Assembly: GCF_001194135.2 (NCBI RefSeq)
Contig: NC_068991.1
Location: 21,785,399 to 21,832,512 of the forward strand
From: Octopus bimaculoides
Taxonomy: Eukaryota
DNA: 47,114 nucleotides
Reading direction: 5' to 3'
The position numbers and the translations under genes were made by a program. The notes under the pieces were generated by a model, which was not told the origin of the DNA, made no database searches, and worked only from the letters and a program-made list of their open reading frames with translations. Every line of letters starts with the position of its first letter. Position 1 is the stretch's first letter. Positions 36,206 to 47,114 of the stretch are shown in pieces.

Positions 36206-36634
36206 AAGAAAAAATATATATATGTATGTATGTGTGTTTGCATGTGTATGTATATGTATGTTTGTATGCGTATATGTATGTATGTATGCATGTATGCATA
36301 GATAGATATGGATGGATAAATGGTTGGGTGTGTTTATGTATGTATATATATATATATATGTATGTATGTAAGCACCATGGAATATATGAATTAAATCAAT
36401 ATAAAAATATATATTTATCTCAGCTCTAAAATATTTTGGTGGGGTGGTGGTGATTATAACCCCCTACAGTGAATGCACAAGTCTTACAACCTAAGGGAAG
36501 CAATTTTCATTTAGTTGGGACTCATTCAGCTTTGGTAACACTCTGAAGCATGCATGCATGATTACATAGCCAGACTGTTTATCTATTAGCAGATATCCAC
36601 AGTACATCAGCTGGTGCTGCGAACTTACTCTCAC

Positions 36635-36760
<126 letters not shown>

Positions 36761-37159
36761 TAATAACCCAGTTAAATTAGTTTTATTGCTGTGTGTAGTA
36801 CTCAAAATAGTTTGAGGGAGCCTTCATGAGAACATGTAACTAAGAACACTGTAACAATTCTAAATACTGCCTCACTTTGGTTAAAGGTTGTAATTCTTAT
36901 AGTGGTAAGAATTGAAAAGGGGACAGACAAATTGATGTATATCATGAAATAAGATAGGTTTTAAATGTTTTAAATTTGTCCAACATCATAGTAAAGAAAG
37001 AAGAATGTATGAATACAAAACCCAATTTTTTCTTCTCATTAATAAAGAGTGAAGTATAGGGAATTTCACCACTATATTTTTGTGGGTGAGGCTAGAATTT
37101 GCTAATTTGAGGACCACTGGTTTTAGGTACACATGATCAGAATGGGATAGAACTGGATC

Positions 37160-37620
37160 ACCATCATCATCATCACCCTCATCATCACCACCACCACCAC
37201 CACCACCACCACCATCATCATCATCCTCATTTAATGTCCATTTTCCATGCTGGCATGGGTTGGATGGCTTGACAGGAACTGGCATGGTTAGGGGCCACAA
37301 CAGGTTCCATAGTCTGTTTTGGCTTGGTTTCTATGGCTAGATGTCCTTCCTAATGCCAACCATTCTACAGAGTGTACTGGGCATTTTTTACATGGCACCA
37401 TGACCAGTGCTTTTTATGTGAAACTAGCACCCACATCAATTCTTTTTTTGTGTGGCATCAAAACCCATCCCAACGCTTTTTACATGGTACTAGCACCCAC
37501 ACCAATGCTTATTATGTAGCACCTTGGTTTTAGGATCTGAATTCTTTTTCATGGTGGGCAGGTCTTTTTGAGTACAGCTGTGTGTCACATATCTCGGTCC
37601 TCTGTCATCTCCTTTTGAAA
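37160..37620 (-). mobile_element. RTE 3' fragment with a (GAT/GGT)n tail
   Basis: TTTAATGTCCATTTTCCATGCTGGCATGGGTTGG..GATGTCCTTCCTAATGCCAACC, plus ORF2-end remnant near 37560-37620. Confidence 0.85.
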
Positions 37621-38389
37621 TTAACTCTAAAAAGGATTAAAAAGTTATATTGAAATAGTCCTTTTACCTCTAGTAACTTTTTTTTCTTGTCATTTTAAAA
37701 ATTCCATTCACATCTCCAAAGGGTCAGACAAGATGGATGCATATGCATCGTGCTCCCGAAAAAATAATTCTACCTTGCTAGTCCCTAATTTGAAGCTGGT
37801 ACTCATTCTTAGGGGTTATTCTGTTGTGTAAGCTGAATTTGTAATCTGCATACCCCACTCAAACCCACACCCTGCTCTTATTCTTACTCCTTCTCAAACT
37901 CATCATTCAAGTTCTTCTTTATCTAACATTGTTTTTTGTACCCCTAAATTAAATACCATACCATATCATCACAGCACCTGCTATTTATGCACCCATAACT
38001 CACCCCATGTTCTAGGTATTCCCAAAACTTTTAATCTCCCCATCCCTCTCTCCCTCCTCTTTCTACAACATCTGTTTGTTGTCTTTATCTTCAGAAGTAT
38101 AAATCAATGAGGAATATTCCCAAACATGTCATTCACCATATGTCTGTCTGTTAGTCTTCAGCATTGAAATGACAAATTGATGAATAAGTTCTGTTATTGT
38201 TGAAGGAAGGTTAACTAAAAAAAAAAAAAATGCTCTGTTTTGTTTGTTATTTTCTCTCTCTCTTTCATTTATGTCATACCACAACATGAACAGACAATTC
38301 TTACAAACGTATTTACTCTAGTTACCATATTTTTGTCGAAATACCCTACTGTTGTTTCAGTTAATTTTGGTAATTATTAAGCTGGCATA

Positions 38390-38618
38390 AAGTGGTGAGC
38401 TGGCAGAATCATTAGCTTGCTGGACAGAAAATGCCTGGCAGCATTTCTCCTGTCTTTACATTCTGAGTTCAAATTCTCCTGAGATCAGCTTTGGTTCTCA
38501 TCTTTTCAAGATCAATAAAATAAGTAGCAGTCAAATACTGGGATCAATGTTATTGTCTACTGCCTACCCAAAATTTAAGGTTAAGTGCCTATATTAGAAA
38601 TGTTTATTATTATTATTG
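38390..38618 (+). mobile_element. SINE-A copy ending in (ATT)n
   Basis: GGTGAGCTGGCAGAATCATTAGC..GAGTTCAAATTC..GTGCCTATATTAGAAATG.TTATTATT. Confidence 0.9.
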
Positions 38619-38942
38619 AGTGAGAGAGCAGTGCATGCCATCAAAGTGACACTGGGGTAAAATATACAAAGCCCATTATACCCATCATGACTACCTGTCT
38701 GATAAGGGTACACCAGGCACATGCATCACAACCATATGTGCGTGACATGGTGATCTCATATCAAGATAAACAGTGCATGACCTCGTATGTGGGGCCCAGT
38801 TAGAATTTTCTTCTGGTCGAGTAGCCCATCCCACTCAAAAGGTCCCTGAATAAGGTTTGTTTAAGGATGTTGAGCAAAACACCCATGTTTCCAAAAGTGA
38901 ATTATTCAAACCCCAAAGAATTCCTCTCAACACATGGCTATG
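38619..38942 (-). mobile_element. Unclassified element ending in (AAT)n, tail-to-tail with SINE-A and cut by a gap
   Basis: Complex non-microsatellite sequence whose minus strand ends CACTGCTCTCTCACTC-AATAATAAT; classification as a retroposon is inferred from the tail and its position. Confidence 0.45.
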
Positions 38943-39705
38943 NNNNNNNNNNNNNNNNNNNNNNNNNNNNNNNNNNNNNNNNNNNNNNNNNNNNNNNNNN
39001 NNNNNNNNNNNNNNNNNNNNNNNNNNNNNNNNNNNNNNNNNNNNNNNNNNNNNNNNNNNNNNNNNNNNNNNNNNNNNNNNNNNNNNNNNNNNNNNNNNNN
39101 NNNNNNNNNNNNNNNNNNNNNNNNNNNNNNNNNNNNNNNNNNNNNNNNNNNNNNNNNNNNNNNNNNNNNNNNNNNNNNNNNNNNNNNNNNNNNNNNNNNN
39201 NNNNNNNNNNNNNNNNNNNNNNNNNNNNNNNNNNNNNNNNNNNNNNNNNNNNNNNNNNNNNNNNNNNNNNNNNNNNNNNNNNNNNNNNNNNNNNNNNNNN
39301 NNNNNNNNNNNNNNNNNNNNNNNNNNNNNNNNNNNNNNNNNNNNNNNNNNNNNNNNNNNNNNNNNNNNNNNNNNNNNNNNNNNNNNNNNNNNNNNNNNNN
39401 NNNNNNNNNNNNNNNNNNNNNNNNNNNNNNNNNNNNNNNNNNNNNNNNNNNNNNNNNNNNNNNNNNNNNNNNNNNNNNNNNNNNNNNNNNNNNNNNNNNN
39501 NNNNNNNNNNNNNNNNNNNNNNNNNNNNNNNNNNNNNNNNNNNNNNNNNNNNNNNNNNNNNNNNNNNNNNNNNNNNNNNNNNNNNNNNNNNNNNNNNNNN
39601 NNNNNNNNNNNNNNNNNNNNNNNNNNNNNNNNNNNNNNNNNNNNNNNNNNNNNNNNNNNNNNNNNNNNNNNNNNNNNNNNNNNNNNNNNNNNNNNNNNNN
39701 NNNNN

Positions 39706-39765
39706 TTGTTGTTGTTGTTGTTGTTGTTGCTGCTGCTGCTGCTGCTGCTGTTGTTGTTGTTGTTG
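39706..39765. repeat. (TGT)n-(TGC)n-(TGT)n tail of the Dong element
   Basis: Read directly. Confidence 0.95.
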
Positions 39766-40293
39766 CCTTTGCGCAGCTTCTAATGCTGGAGATGTACTAC
39801 GGTGTCAGCTGTTCACTACCAGTGAACTAAGGTAACACCTCTTATTTTTCGAGCACCTTCCGGAGTATTCGAGTGGTTCCAAGCAATGCTGTTTTCTGCA
39901 AGTGCTCCACCCTTATTGCAGCCCCTATTTGTTCCACATACTTTGCGAGATTTTTGCTCACTGTTCCCAGGGATCTAACAATTATTGGTACTACTGCTAC
40001 CTTTTTCATCGACCAGAACTGCTTAACTTCCCAAGCTAATCTGTCATATCTCTCATCTTTTCTTTCTTCCCTATCGCATACCTTGTTGTCAGCTGGGCAT
40101 ACTGTATCTATGATCCAGCATAGTTTGTTTTCTTTCTCAATTAAGACTATGTCTGGCTTCCTATTCTCAATATCAGTCGCACTGAATCATAAAATCCCAT
40201 AGGATCTTTGCATTTCTATTTTCAACGATGCCTTCAGGTTTGTGGCCGTACCAATTTTTTGCTCTGTCAAGTCCATACTTGTTGCAAAGTGTC

Positions 40294-40294
<1 letters not shown>
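39766..40294 (-). mobile_element. R4/Dong-clade retrotransposon 3' end (RLE domain), 5'-truncated in (AAT)n
   Basis: Minus translation WTLCNKYGLDRAKNWYGHKPEGIVENRNAKILWDFMIQCD, frameshift, ENRKPDIVLIEKENKLCWIIDTVCPADNK..VVPIIVRSLGTVSKNL..EHLQKTALLGTTRILRKVLEK* (stop at 39842-39844); (ATT)n at 40295-40323. Confidence 0.93.
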
Positions 40295-40324
<30 letters not shown>

Positions 40325-40330
40325 TTTTGG

Positions 40331-40406
40331 GGCAGTTTAGCTAAATCGATCTAGAGCACTGCGACGCGTAATCACGGAGGTGTGAGTTCAAGTCTCATAG
40401 CTGGTC
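40331..40406 (+). tRNA. tRNA-Thr(CGT)-like sequence, probably a pseudogene or SINE head, with a T6 terminator at 40415-40420
   Basis: Manual fold GGCAGTT TA GCTA AATCGATCTA GAGC AC TGCGA CGCGTAA TCACG GAGGT GTGAG TTCAAGT CTCAT AGCTGGT C. T-arm intact; acceptor, D and anticodon stems each have a mismatch; position 33 is G, not U. Confidence 0.5.
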
Positions 40407-40549
40407 GCCTACACTTTTTTCTGGAAAATAGGGGTATCTTATCCTGTTCAGGCTATATTATTAGCATTATCCTGCGTTTGCGAATTTAAAATCACTTCTT
40501 TAAATTATTATTTTTATTATGTGGTGTTGGTAGTGATAGTGGCTAAGTT

Positions 40550-40810
40550 GGTAGAACTTCAGAGTAAATATTTAGCTATATTAAATTGTTGATTAACCCT
40601 TGGTCAGTCCTGACTAAGAAGAACTATGATCAAACATATTCCAGCTACAATAATCCTAGTGTTTTACTTTTATTTTTTTGTTATGTTGTTTTTACAGATA
40701 TAGTTATCTTACACTGCATCATATCATGTGTCCGTCTATTTCAAAAATAGTAGTCTGTGGTTTCAGAGAGCTTTGATTATTATTTCTTGTAGTCCAAGCA
40801 AACTCATTGA
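40550..40810 (+). repeat. Dispersed repeat family X copy, degenerate
   Basis: CTATGATCAAACATATTCCAGC..GAGAGCTTTG. Confidence 0.5.
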
Positions 40811-40924
40811 GACATTATCATTGGTTTTAACCTTCTGGGTTCAGAGTTCAAATTCTGCTTGGGTCACTTTCCTCTGTATTTTACCATTTGTAGTTATTTT
40901 GTGATTCCTAAAGGTGTTTTGTTA

Positions 40925-41210
40925 TACAGCACTAGGCAAAAGTATTTAGATATATGGGTTTAGATAAATGTGTTTAGATTCATGTGTTTAGATAAATGTG
41001 TTTAGATGCATAACATTAAGTAAATGTGTTGAGATACACAGCATTATCAAAATGTGTTTAGATGAACATCATTAAGAAAATGTGTTTAGATGCAGGGGTT
41101 AGATGTGTTACCTAAGGCTGTATGTCTAAACACATTTACAGCCTTAGGTAAATGTGTTTAGATAAACAGCATTAGATAAATGTGTTTAGATATATAGTGT
41201 TAGGTAAACT
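40925..41210. repeat. 28-bp minisatellite, about 10 units, with one inverted unit
   Basis: Consensus TACAGCATTAGRTAAATGTGTTTAGATA; inverted segment at about 41109-41136. Confidence 0.88.
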
Positions 41211-41368
41211 ATATATTTTAAGGTACAGCTATGAAGTCATCTTGTTGATTTAAAACATTTATTCAGATCTAAATATATTATAATTTTCAGTTCTGGAATA
41301 TAACTCAGGTAATTGAAAAACACTACTACAGACAGTGTATGTATGTGTGTATATATGCATGTATGTAT

Positions 41369-41406
<38 letters not shown>

Positions 41407-41599
41407 TGTAAACAGTTTACTAAGGCTGCCAGTAACAGTAAAGAGAGTGAAAAACTGTGTTCTATTAAAATAGCAAAAAAATGGGCCTGGGAGTACAAGT
41501 CATTGTTTGTCCAAAATAACAGTGGAAACTAAAATATCGTCTGCATAAGACTGCTACATGTGTGTCCTTCTTTAAGATTTTAGCTTATGATTTGAAAGA

Positions 41600-41835
41600 G
41601 GAATTATGCTGCTATTTCTACAAGTGTATAAGTAATGTTGCTGGTGTTTAGCCTCTGGTTAACACTGAAGAAGCCTGATCTATAATCAAAGACATTCCAT
41701 TGGTGACCATTTCATCTTATATTCAGACAATGGGCCCTGGACTGCACAATCTAATGTGTATTTCTTTTTAAAGATTACAGTATGTGATTTGAGAACTTGG
41801 TTGTTGTTTCCAGTAAATCAAATAACCACATAGGG
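41600..41835 (+). repeat. Dispersed repeat family X copy
   Basis: CTATAATCAAAGACATTCCA..GTGACCAT..GAGAACTTGGTTG.TGTTTC. Confidence 0.55.
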
Positions 41836-41984
41836 GTACTCATATGAGCTGTCTTATACTAATGTGTGTGTGTCTGTCTGTCTGTCTGTCTGATAGGACA
41901 GTCAAATGGTCATCTCCCAAGAATGCAATTCCAGACTCCCATTAAGGAACCACATTCCTATACACACGCATGCACACACGCACA

Positions 41985-42046
<62 letters not shown>

Positions 42047-42459
42047 CATGTTCATATAGATATATGCATACAAACACATGTACACACATGCATGCACACA
42101 AACACACACACACACACTCATACACACACATACAAACACCTCCTACCTCCCCACACTTATTATTTCCCTCATTCTTTCTTTTATCTTTTCATCTGAACAA
42201 CAGAAACCCAAATATAATTAAAGGCGTCTGAGTCATGATTTGAAACCCCAACCTCAGTCTGTCTCTTTCTTTCACAGACACACACACACACACACACCCC
42301 CACCTCTGAATGCATCGCGAGTCATTGGGAAATCAGAAGTGAGGGAGTAGGGGAGGACTGGTGTGGGTAGATTAGTCTAGAAGACATCAAACAACACCTC
42401 TCCCTTTTCCCGCACCTCTTTCTGCCTGGATTGCAAGTCTGGAACTATAAACTTTTTTC

Positions 42460-43145
42460 TCAATTTCTCTCTCTCTCTCTCTCTCATTTTTTGTCTCTAA
42501 ATTTCACACTTTCTTACTATCTCTTTCTCTCTCCCTTTATCTTCTTTCCTTTCTCTTTCTCCCTCTTTCTCTCCTTTCCTTTCTCTTTTTCTCTCTTTTT
42601 CTGTCTTGCCTTCATCTCTTCTCTACTTTCTCCCTCTCTCTCCCCCTCTTTCTCTTCTTTCCTTTCTTTTTCTCCCTCGTTCTCTTCTTTCCTTTCTCTT
42701 TTTCCCTTTATTCTCTCTCGCCTTCATCTGTTCCCTACTTTCTCTTTCTCCCTCACTTTCTGGTGGTGGTGGTGGTGGTGGTGGTGAAACATTAAACAAT
42801 ATTTACCTCCCTTACCTTCCCATCCACATTCATAAACGCATCACCATCCTCCCTCCTCTTAACCCTTCCTCCCACTTCTTGGCATCACGTCATCCCTGTC
42901 ATAGAGTGTGGGGTAATGGTGAGAAAGGAATAGAACACACATCAGACAACGCCACACCACCTCTTTCACCAATGAATCTCCTTACCACCACCACATCGCA
43001 CATACACATTCATGATGCAAAGTTCTGTGTCTTTAGAGAAAAAGTTGGCTGGTGGGAATATAAGGAGGGGGGTGGGATTGTATAGCTTCTTTCTTTGGTC
43101 TTTCTCTCTGTCTATCTATTTGTCTATCCTTCCATCTCTCTATAA

Positions 43146-43201
<56 letters not shown>

Positions 43202-43460
43202 GTCTAACCATCTATCTATCTATCTATCTACTCACACTTTTTCTCTCAACACACACACATATATACCTGTCTATTTATCTATCCTTCTATAGATAGAAGG
43301 CTACATACATCGGTAAACAGATTGATAAATCAATTATTCTCTATTTATATTATCTATCTATCTATCTATCTGTTTATCTATCTATCTACCTATCTACCTA
43401 ACTATCTGTTTATCTCTCTCTCTCCCCCACCTCTCTCTCTCTCTCTCCCCCTCTCTCTCT
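42460..43460. repeat. CT-rich, (GGT)n, (TA)n and (TCTA)n low-complexity tracts around a unique island at 42786-43080
   Basis: Read directly. Confidence 0.85.
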
Positions 43461-43693
43461 CTCTCTACTGGTTCCAGTCATTGGACTGTAACTATACTGG
43501 AATGCAACCTTCAAAAGTTTAGTCAAGTATATCAACTCCCCTTACCCAGCATTTGTTTCAGTCTGGCTTTTATTTGATCAGGTTCTATTTGACAAACTGC
43601 TACATTACAGGACATAAAGGGGATATAACATAGTTTTTATGTACCTCTGGAGACAATGGTTTACACTTGTTGTTAAAACCAGCATGCATGTGC

Positions 43694-43749
<56 letters not shown>

Positions 43750-44699
43750 TCTACATGCAGATGTACACATATATACACATACATACATCTACATCCATAC
43801 ATGTACACACCCACATACACCTATGTTCACACTTCTTCCCTCTCTTTCAGATATGTATTTATATAGCATTATCACCACCACCACCACCACCACCAATACC
43901 ACCATCACCATTAACACCACCACCATCATCTTCACCAACACCACTACCACCATTACCATCACCAACACCACCTCCACCACTATAATAGATCCATAATAAT
44001 AATAATAATAATAATAATTATTATTATTATCATAATGTTATCATCGATAAATATAATTATTTAGCCAAATATTTTAATCTCTTACAAATTTAAGGGTTTT
44101 TTTACAATAAAGCCTGTTAAAATAAAGCCTGTTCTGATTTTATTAAGGATCTATCCTTACCCAATAAATGGCCCCAGTTGTTAACAAACTGAACCCTCTG
44201 AGATTTATGATCCAGTTAAGGGTTCAGGCATGCCCTCCTTGTATTTTCTTTGGCTCCCAAATGGAGCTTTGCAATGAATATTCATGGTTCTGGACCATTA
44301 ACTATGCAAGTGTCTTTAGACTCTAAGGAGCTGCACTTATGAATCTTCATTTCCCCTTCCACCCCCTTCGTAATATAACCCATCCCTCTTCCTTCTTGCG
44401 GACCCCTTAAATATGAGGATTCCTCTCTTTTGTTCTGATAAGGGAATGTGTGTGTGTGTGTGTGTATTTGTGAACATGCATATGTGTACTTCTGTATATG
44501 TATGTGAGTGTATGTGTTGTGTGGGTGTGTGTTTGTATGTGCACTTGGGAACAAAAATGTATATGTGTGTACTTATAAATAGGCATATGCATACATGTGT
44601 GTGTGTGTGTGTGTGCGTCTATGTGAGTTTGTGTTGTGTGTTTGTGTATAAGTTTGTATTGTGTTTGTGTGCATGTATTGTGTGTTTGTGTTCTTGTTT

Positions 44700-44825
44700 A
44701 CAATTGTCTAAGTGACTGAGTATTCCACAGGTACTTATACTCCTAATATAATACACAGCCATGAATCAACTTGACACAATTTGTGGCAAGGCTGATCTTT
44801 TGAATTACTGGTATTGTCTATCCCA
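44700..44825 (-). mobile_element. 3' part of the third SINE family
   Basis: Reverse complement AAAAGATCAGCCTTGCCACA..CTGTGGAATACTCAGTCACTT aligns to 30150-30250. Confidence 0.65.
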
Positions 44826-45379
44826 GTTTTTTTTTTTTTTTTTTTGAGAGGAGAAACTTTTGAGGATAGGAAAATGGGGCAGACCAAAAGCAGGGGTTAT
44901 TTCCAATTCCTGTTCCCATTACACTGTTTCCTATCCTGTCCCATTCCCTGTTCAGTTCCTGTTTCAGTTCTGCTCCCATCCCTATCCCCAATCCTATGTC
45001 AATATGTACACACAGGTAATCACGAGATTGAAATGGTGTATAGTAGACATATGTATGTATTTATATGTATCTATGCGTGTGTATCTGTGAGTGAGTGTTT
45101 CTTTGCGATGGACAGCAGAAAATCCACCTACCCCCTCTCTCCTTAAAGCTATGTATTCCTCACATCCACCTTTCTGTATGTATGAGTGTGTGTGTGTGTG
45201 TGTGTGTGGTATCTATGTATTTACGAATATATGTATGCAGCATCAAGTGTATATGACAGCTTTATTAACATTACTACCCCATTCTCACTGCTGTTCTTGC
45301 TTTCACTGACATAACTCACCCTATCTCTTTTACTACCTCAGACTTATAATTTTGCAACCTTCTCATTTTATCATATAAT

Positions 45380-45550
45380 TCGCCCAACGCCCCTGGGGGA
45401 TACATTATAGAATTTTTATTGAAATCCAAATAGCCTGTAATTGAAGTGGATGTTAGTGTCTCATATGTGCAAAGTTTCATGAATATTGGTTTGGTGAAAT
45501 AGTCACTAAGTTGGTAACAGACAGACAGAAATTGTCATTATGTATATAGA
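45380..45550 (+). mobile_element. Helentron/DINE-like non-autonomous element 3' end (tentative)
   Basis: GCAAAGTTTCATGAA..(ACAG)n..TTATGTATATAGAT terminus and a CCCCTGGGG micro-palindrome resemble DINE-1/Lep1-type ends. Confidence 0.45.
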
Positions 45551-45569
45551 TATATCTTTGATCTTAGCT

Positions 45570-45796
45570 TCTCTTTTACTTGTCTCAACCATTATGCTGC
45601 AACCATGCTGGGATAGTGTTTTGAAGAATTTTTAGTTAAATGGATCGACCCTAGTACTTTTTTTTTGGTAAACCTGGTACTTATTCTATCGGCCTCGTTT
45701 GCTGAACTGCTAGGTTACTGGAATATAACCACACCAAACAGGTTGTCAAGCAGTGGCAGGGGACAAACACAGACGGAAAGATACACACACAGATAT

Positions 45797-45833
<37 letters not shown>

Positions 45834-46340
45834 CANNNNNNNNNNNNNNNNNNNNNNNNNNNNNNNNNNNNNNNNNNNNNNNNNNNNNNNNNNNNNNNNN
45901 NNNNNNNNNNNNNNNNNNNNNNNNNNNNNNNNNNNNNNNNNNNNNNNNNNNNNNNNNNNNNNNNNNNNNNNNNNNNNNNNNNNNNNNNNNNNNNNNNNNN
46001 NNNNNNNNNNNNNNNNNNNNNNNNNNNNNNNNNNNNNNNNNNNNNNNNNNNNNNNNNNNNNNNNNNNNNNNNNNNNNNNNNNNNNNNNNNNNNNNNNNNN
46101 NNNNNNNNNNNNNNNNNNNNNNNNNNNNNNNNNNNNNNNNNNNNNNNNNNNNNNNNNNNNNNNNNNNNNNNNNNNNNNNNNNNNNNNNNNNNNNNNNNNN
46201 NNNNNNNNNNNNNNNNNNNNNNNNNNNNNNNNNNNNNNNNNNNNNNNNNNNNNNNNNNNNNNNNNNNNNNNNNNNNNNNNNNNNNNNNNNNNNNNNNNNN
46301 NNNNNNNNNNNNNNNNNNNNNNNNNNNNNNNNNNNNNNNN

Positions 46341-46433
<93 letters not shown>

Positions 46434-46625
46434 TGCACACATGCACACATATGCACTCACTTTTTTCTTGGTCTGTCCAACACAGGTCAATCCTCACTGC
46501 TTCTGGGTATCCAGTTTTACTCACAAGGCTTGCACCAACCTGAAACTATGGTAAAAGACCTTAACTTCAAGTGCCATGCTGTAAGAACAAACAAAATCTC
46601 ATGATTGCAAAGTAAATTCTTAATC
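45570..46625 (-). mobile_element. SINE-B sequence on both sides of a gap within (CA)n
   Basis: 3' half at 45570-45835, gap at 45836-46340, degenerate 5' half at about 46500-46625; may be one copy or two. Confidence 0.7.
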
Positions 46626-47006
46626 CTTTGACGACGTCCTGCATACTTCTGTAATCATTCAACCTTGCTTGGCCTATACTGTGTGTGCATGCATGCATGT
46701 GTGTGTGTTAGATGTGATATTTTGGGTCTATTCTATGAGGGATAGTATTTTGATATTGTGTATAATAATGTGTATTAGCTGGAGTCTATTGTGGTGCTTT
46801 CTCATGATATTAGAGGATATTTCAATAAAATAAAGTTAGCTAATGTGTAAGGTTTTATATATATATATATAATAATATAAATAATATATATATAAAGTTG
46901 TAGTATATTGTCAACTTAATGTGACAATCCCAATAAGGGAACACACTACTGCTGTTTAGCCCTAGGAAGCTGGACCGCTTCCTGTCCGCCTTGACACAAT
47001 TACTGT

Positions 47007-47114
47007 GTCCTTAAGTTTGTGAAGGGGAGACAAGCTACCCCACCCAGCCTAGCCAGCATTCAGGCTGGCTAGGCTGGGTGGGGTAGCTTGTCTCCCCTTC
47101 ACAAACTTAAGGAC
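47007..47114. repeat. Perfect 51-bp inverted repeat with a 6-nt spacer
   Basis: 47007-47057 is the exact reverse complement of 47064-47114; spacer ATTCAG. Confidence 0.95.

Noticed and set aside
40925-41210. CRISPR-like repeat-spacer appearance
   Set aside because: Eukaryotic context, 14-nt core, spacers related to each other and no cas genes; it is a minisatellite.
43992-44031. (AAT)n directly followed by (ATT)n forming a palindrome
   Set aside because: Low-complexity coincidence; no element ends identifiable on either side.

Overview
Eukaryotic, AT-rich, microsatellite-dense DNA with 8 assembly gaps. The repeat landscape points to a coleoid cephalopod, most likely Octopus; this is inferred from family recognition, not from a database search. 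No intact protein-coding gene, rRNA or CRISPR array is supportable, and most listed ORFs are translated microsatellites or N-runs. The window is a graveyard of transposable elements: two abundant tRNA-derived SINE families (called SINE-A and SINE-B here), about 15 5'-truncated RTE LINE pieces, CR1/Jockey-group RT remnants, R4/Dong-clade restriction-endonuclease-like (RLE) retrotransposon fragments, a decayed DD34D mariner, TTAA-flanked piggyBac-type MITEs and a probable Helentron-type element. Main observations: (1) R4/Dong fragments sit in (AAT)n tracts, some of which are the (ATT)n tails of oppositely oriented SINE-A/CR1 copies, and two divergent Dong families share a structured 3' UTR motif; (2) SINE-A forms head-to-tail chains; (3) RTE fragments are 14 minus versus 1-2 plus, suggesting an intron of a plus-strand gene, with one candidate 84-nt exon; (4) a CpG-rich tRNA-Thr(CGT)-like unit has a Pol III terminator; (5) a 28-bp minisatellite contains an internal inversion; (6) a perfect 51-bp inverted repeat runs to the window end.
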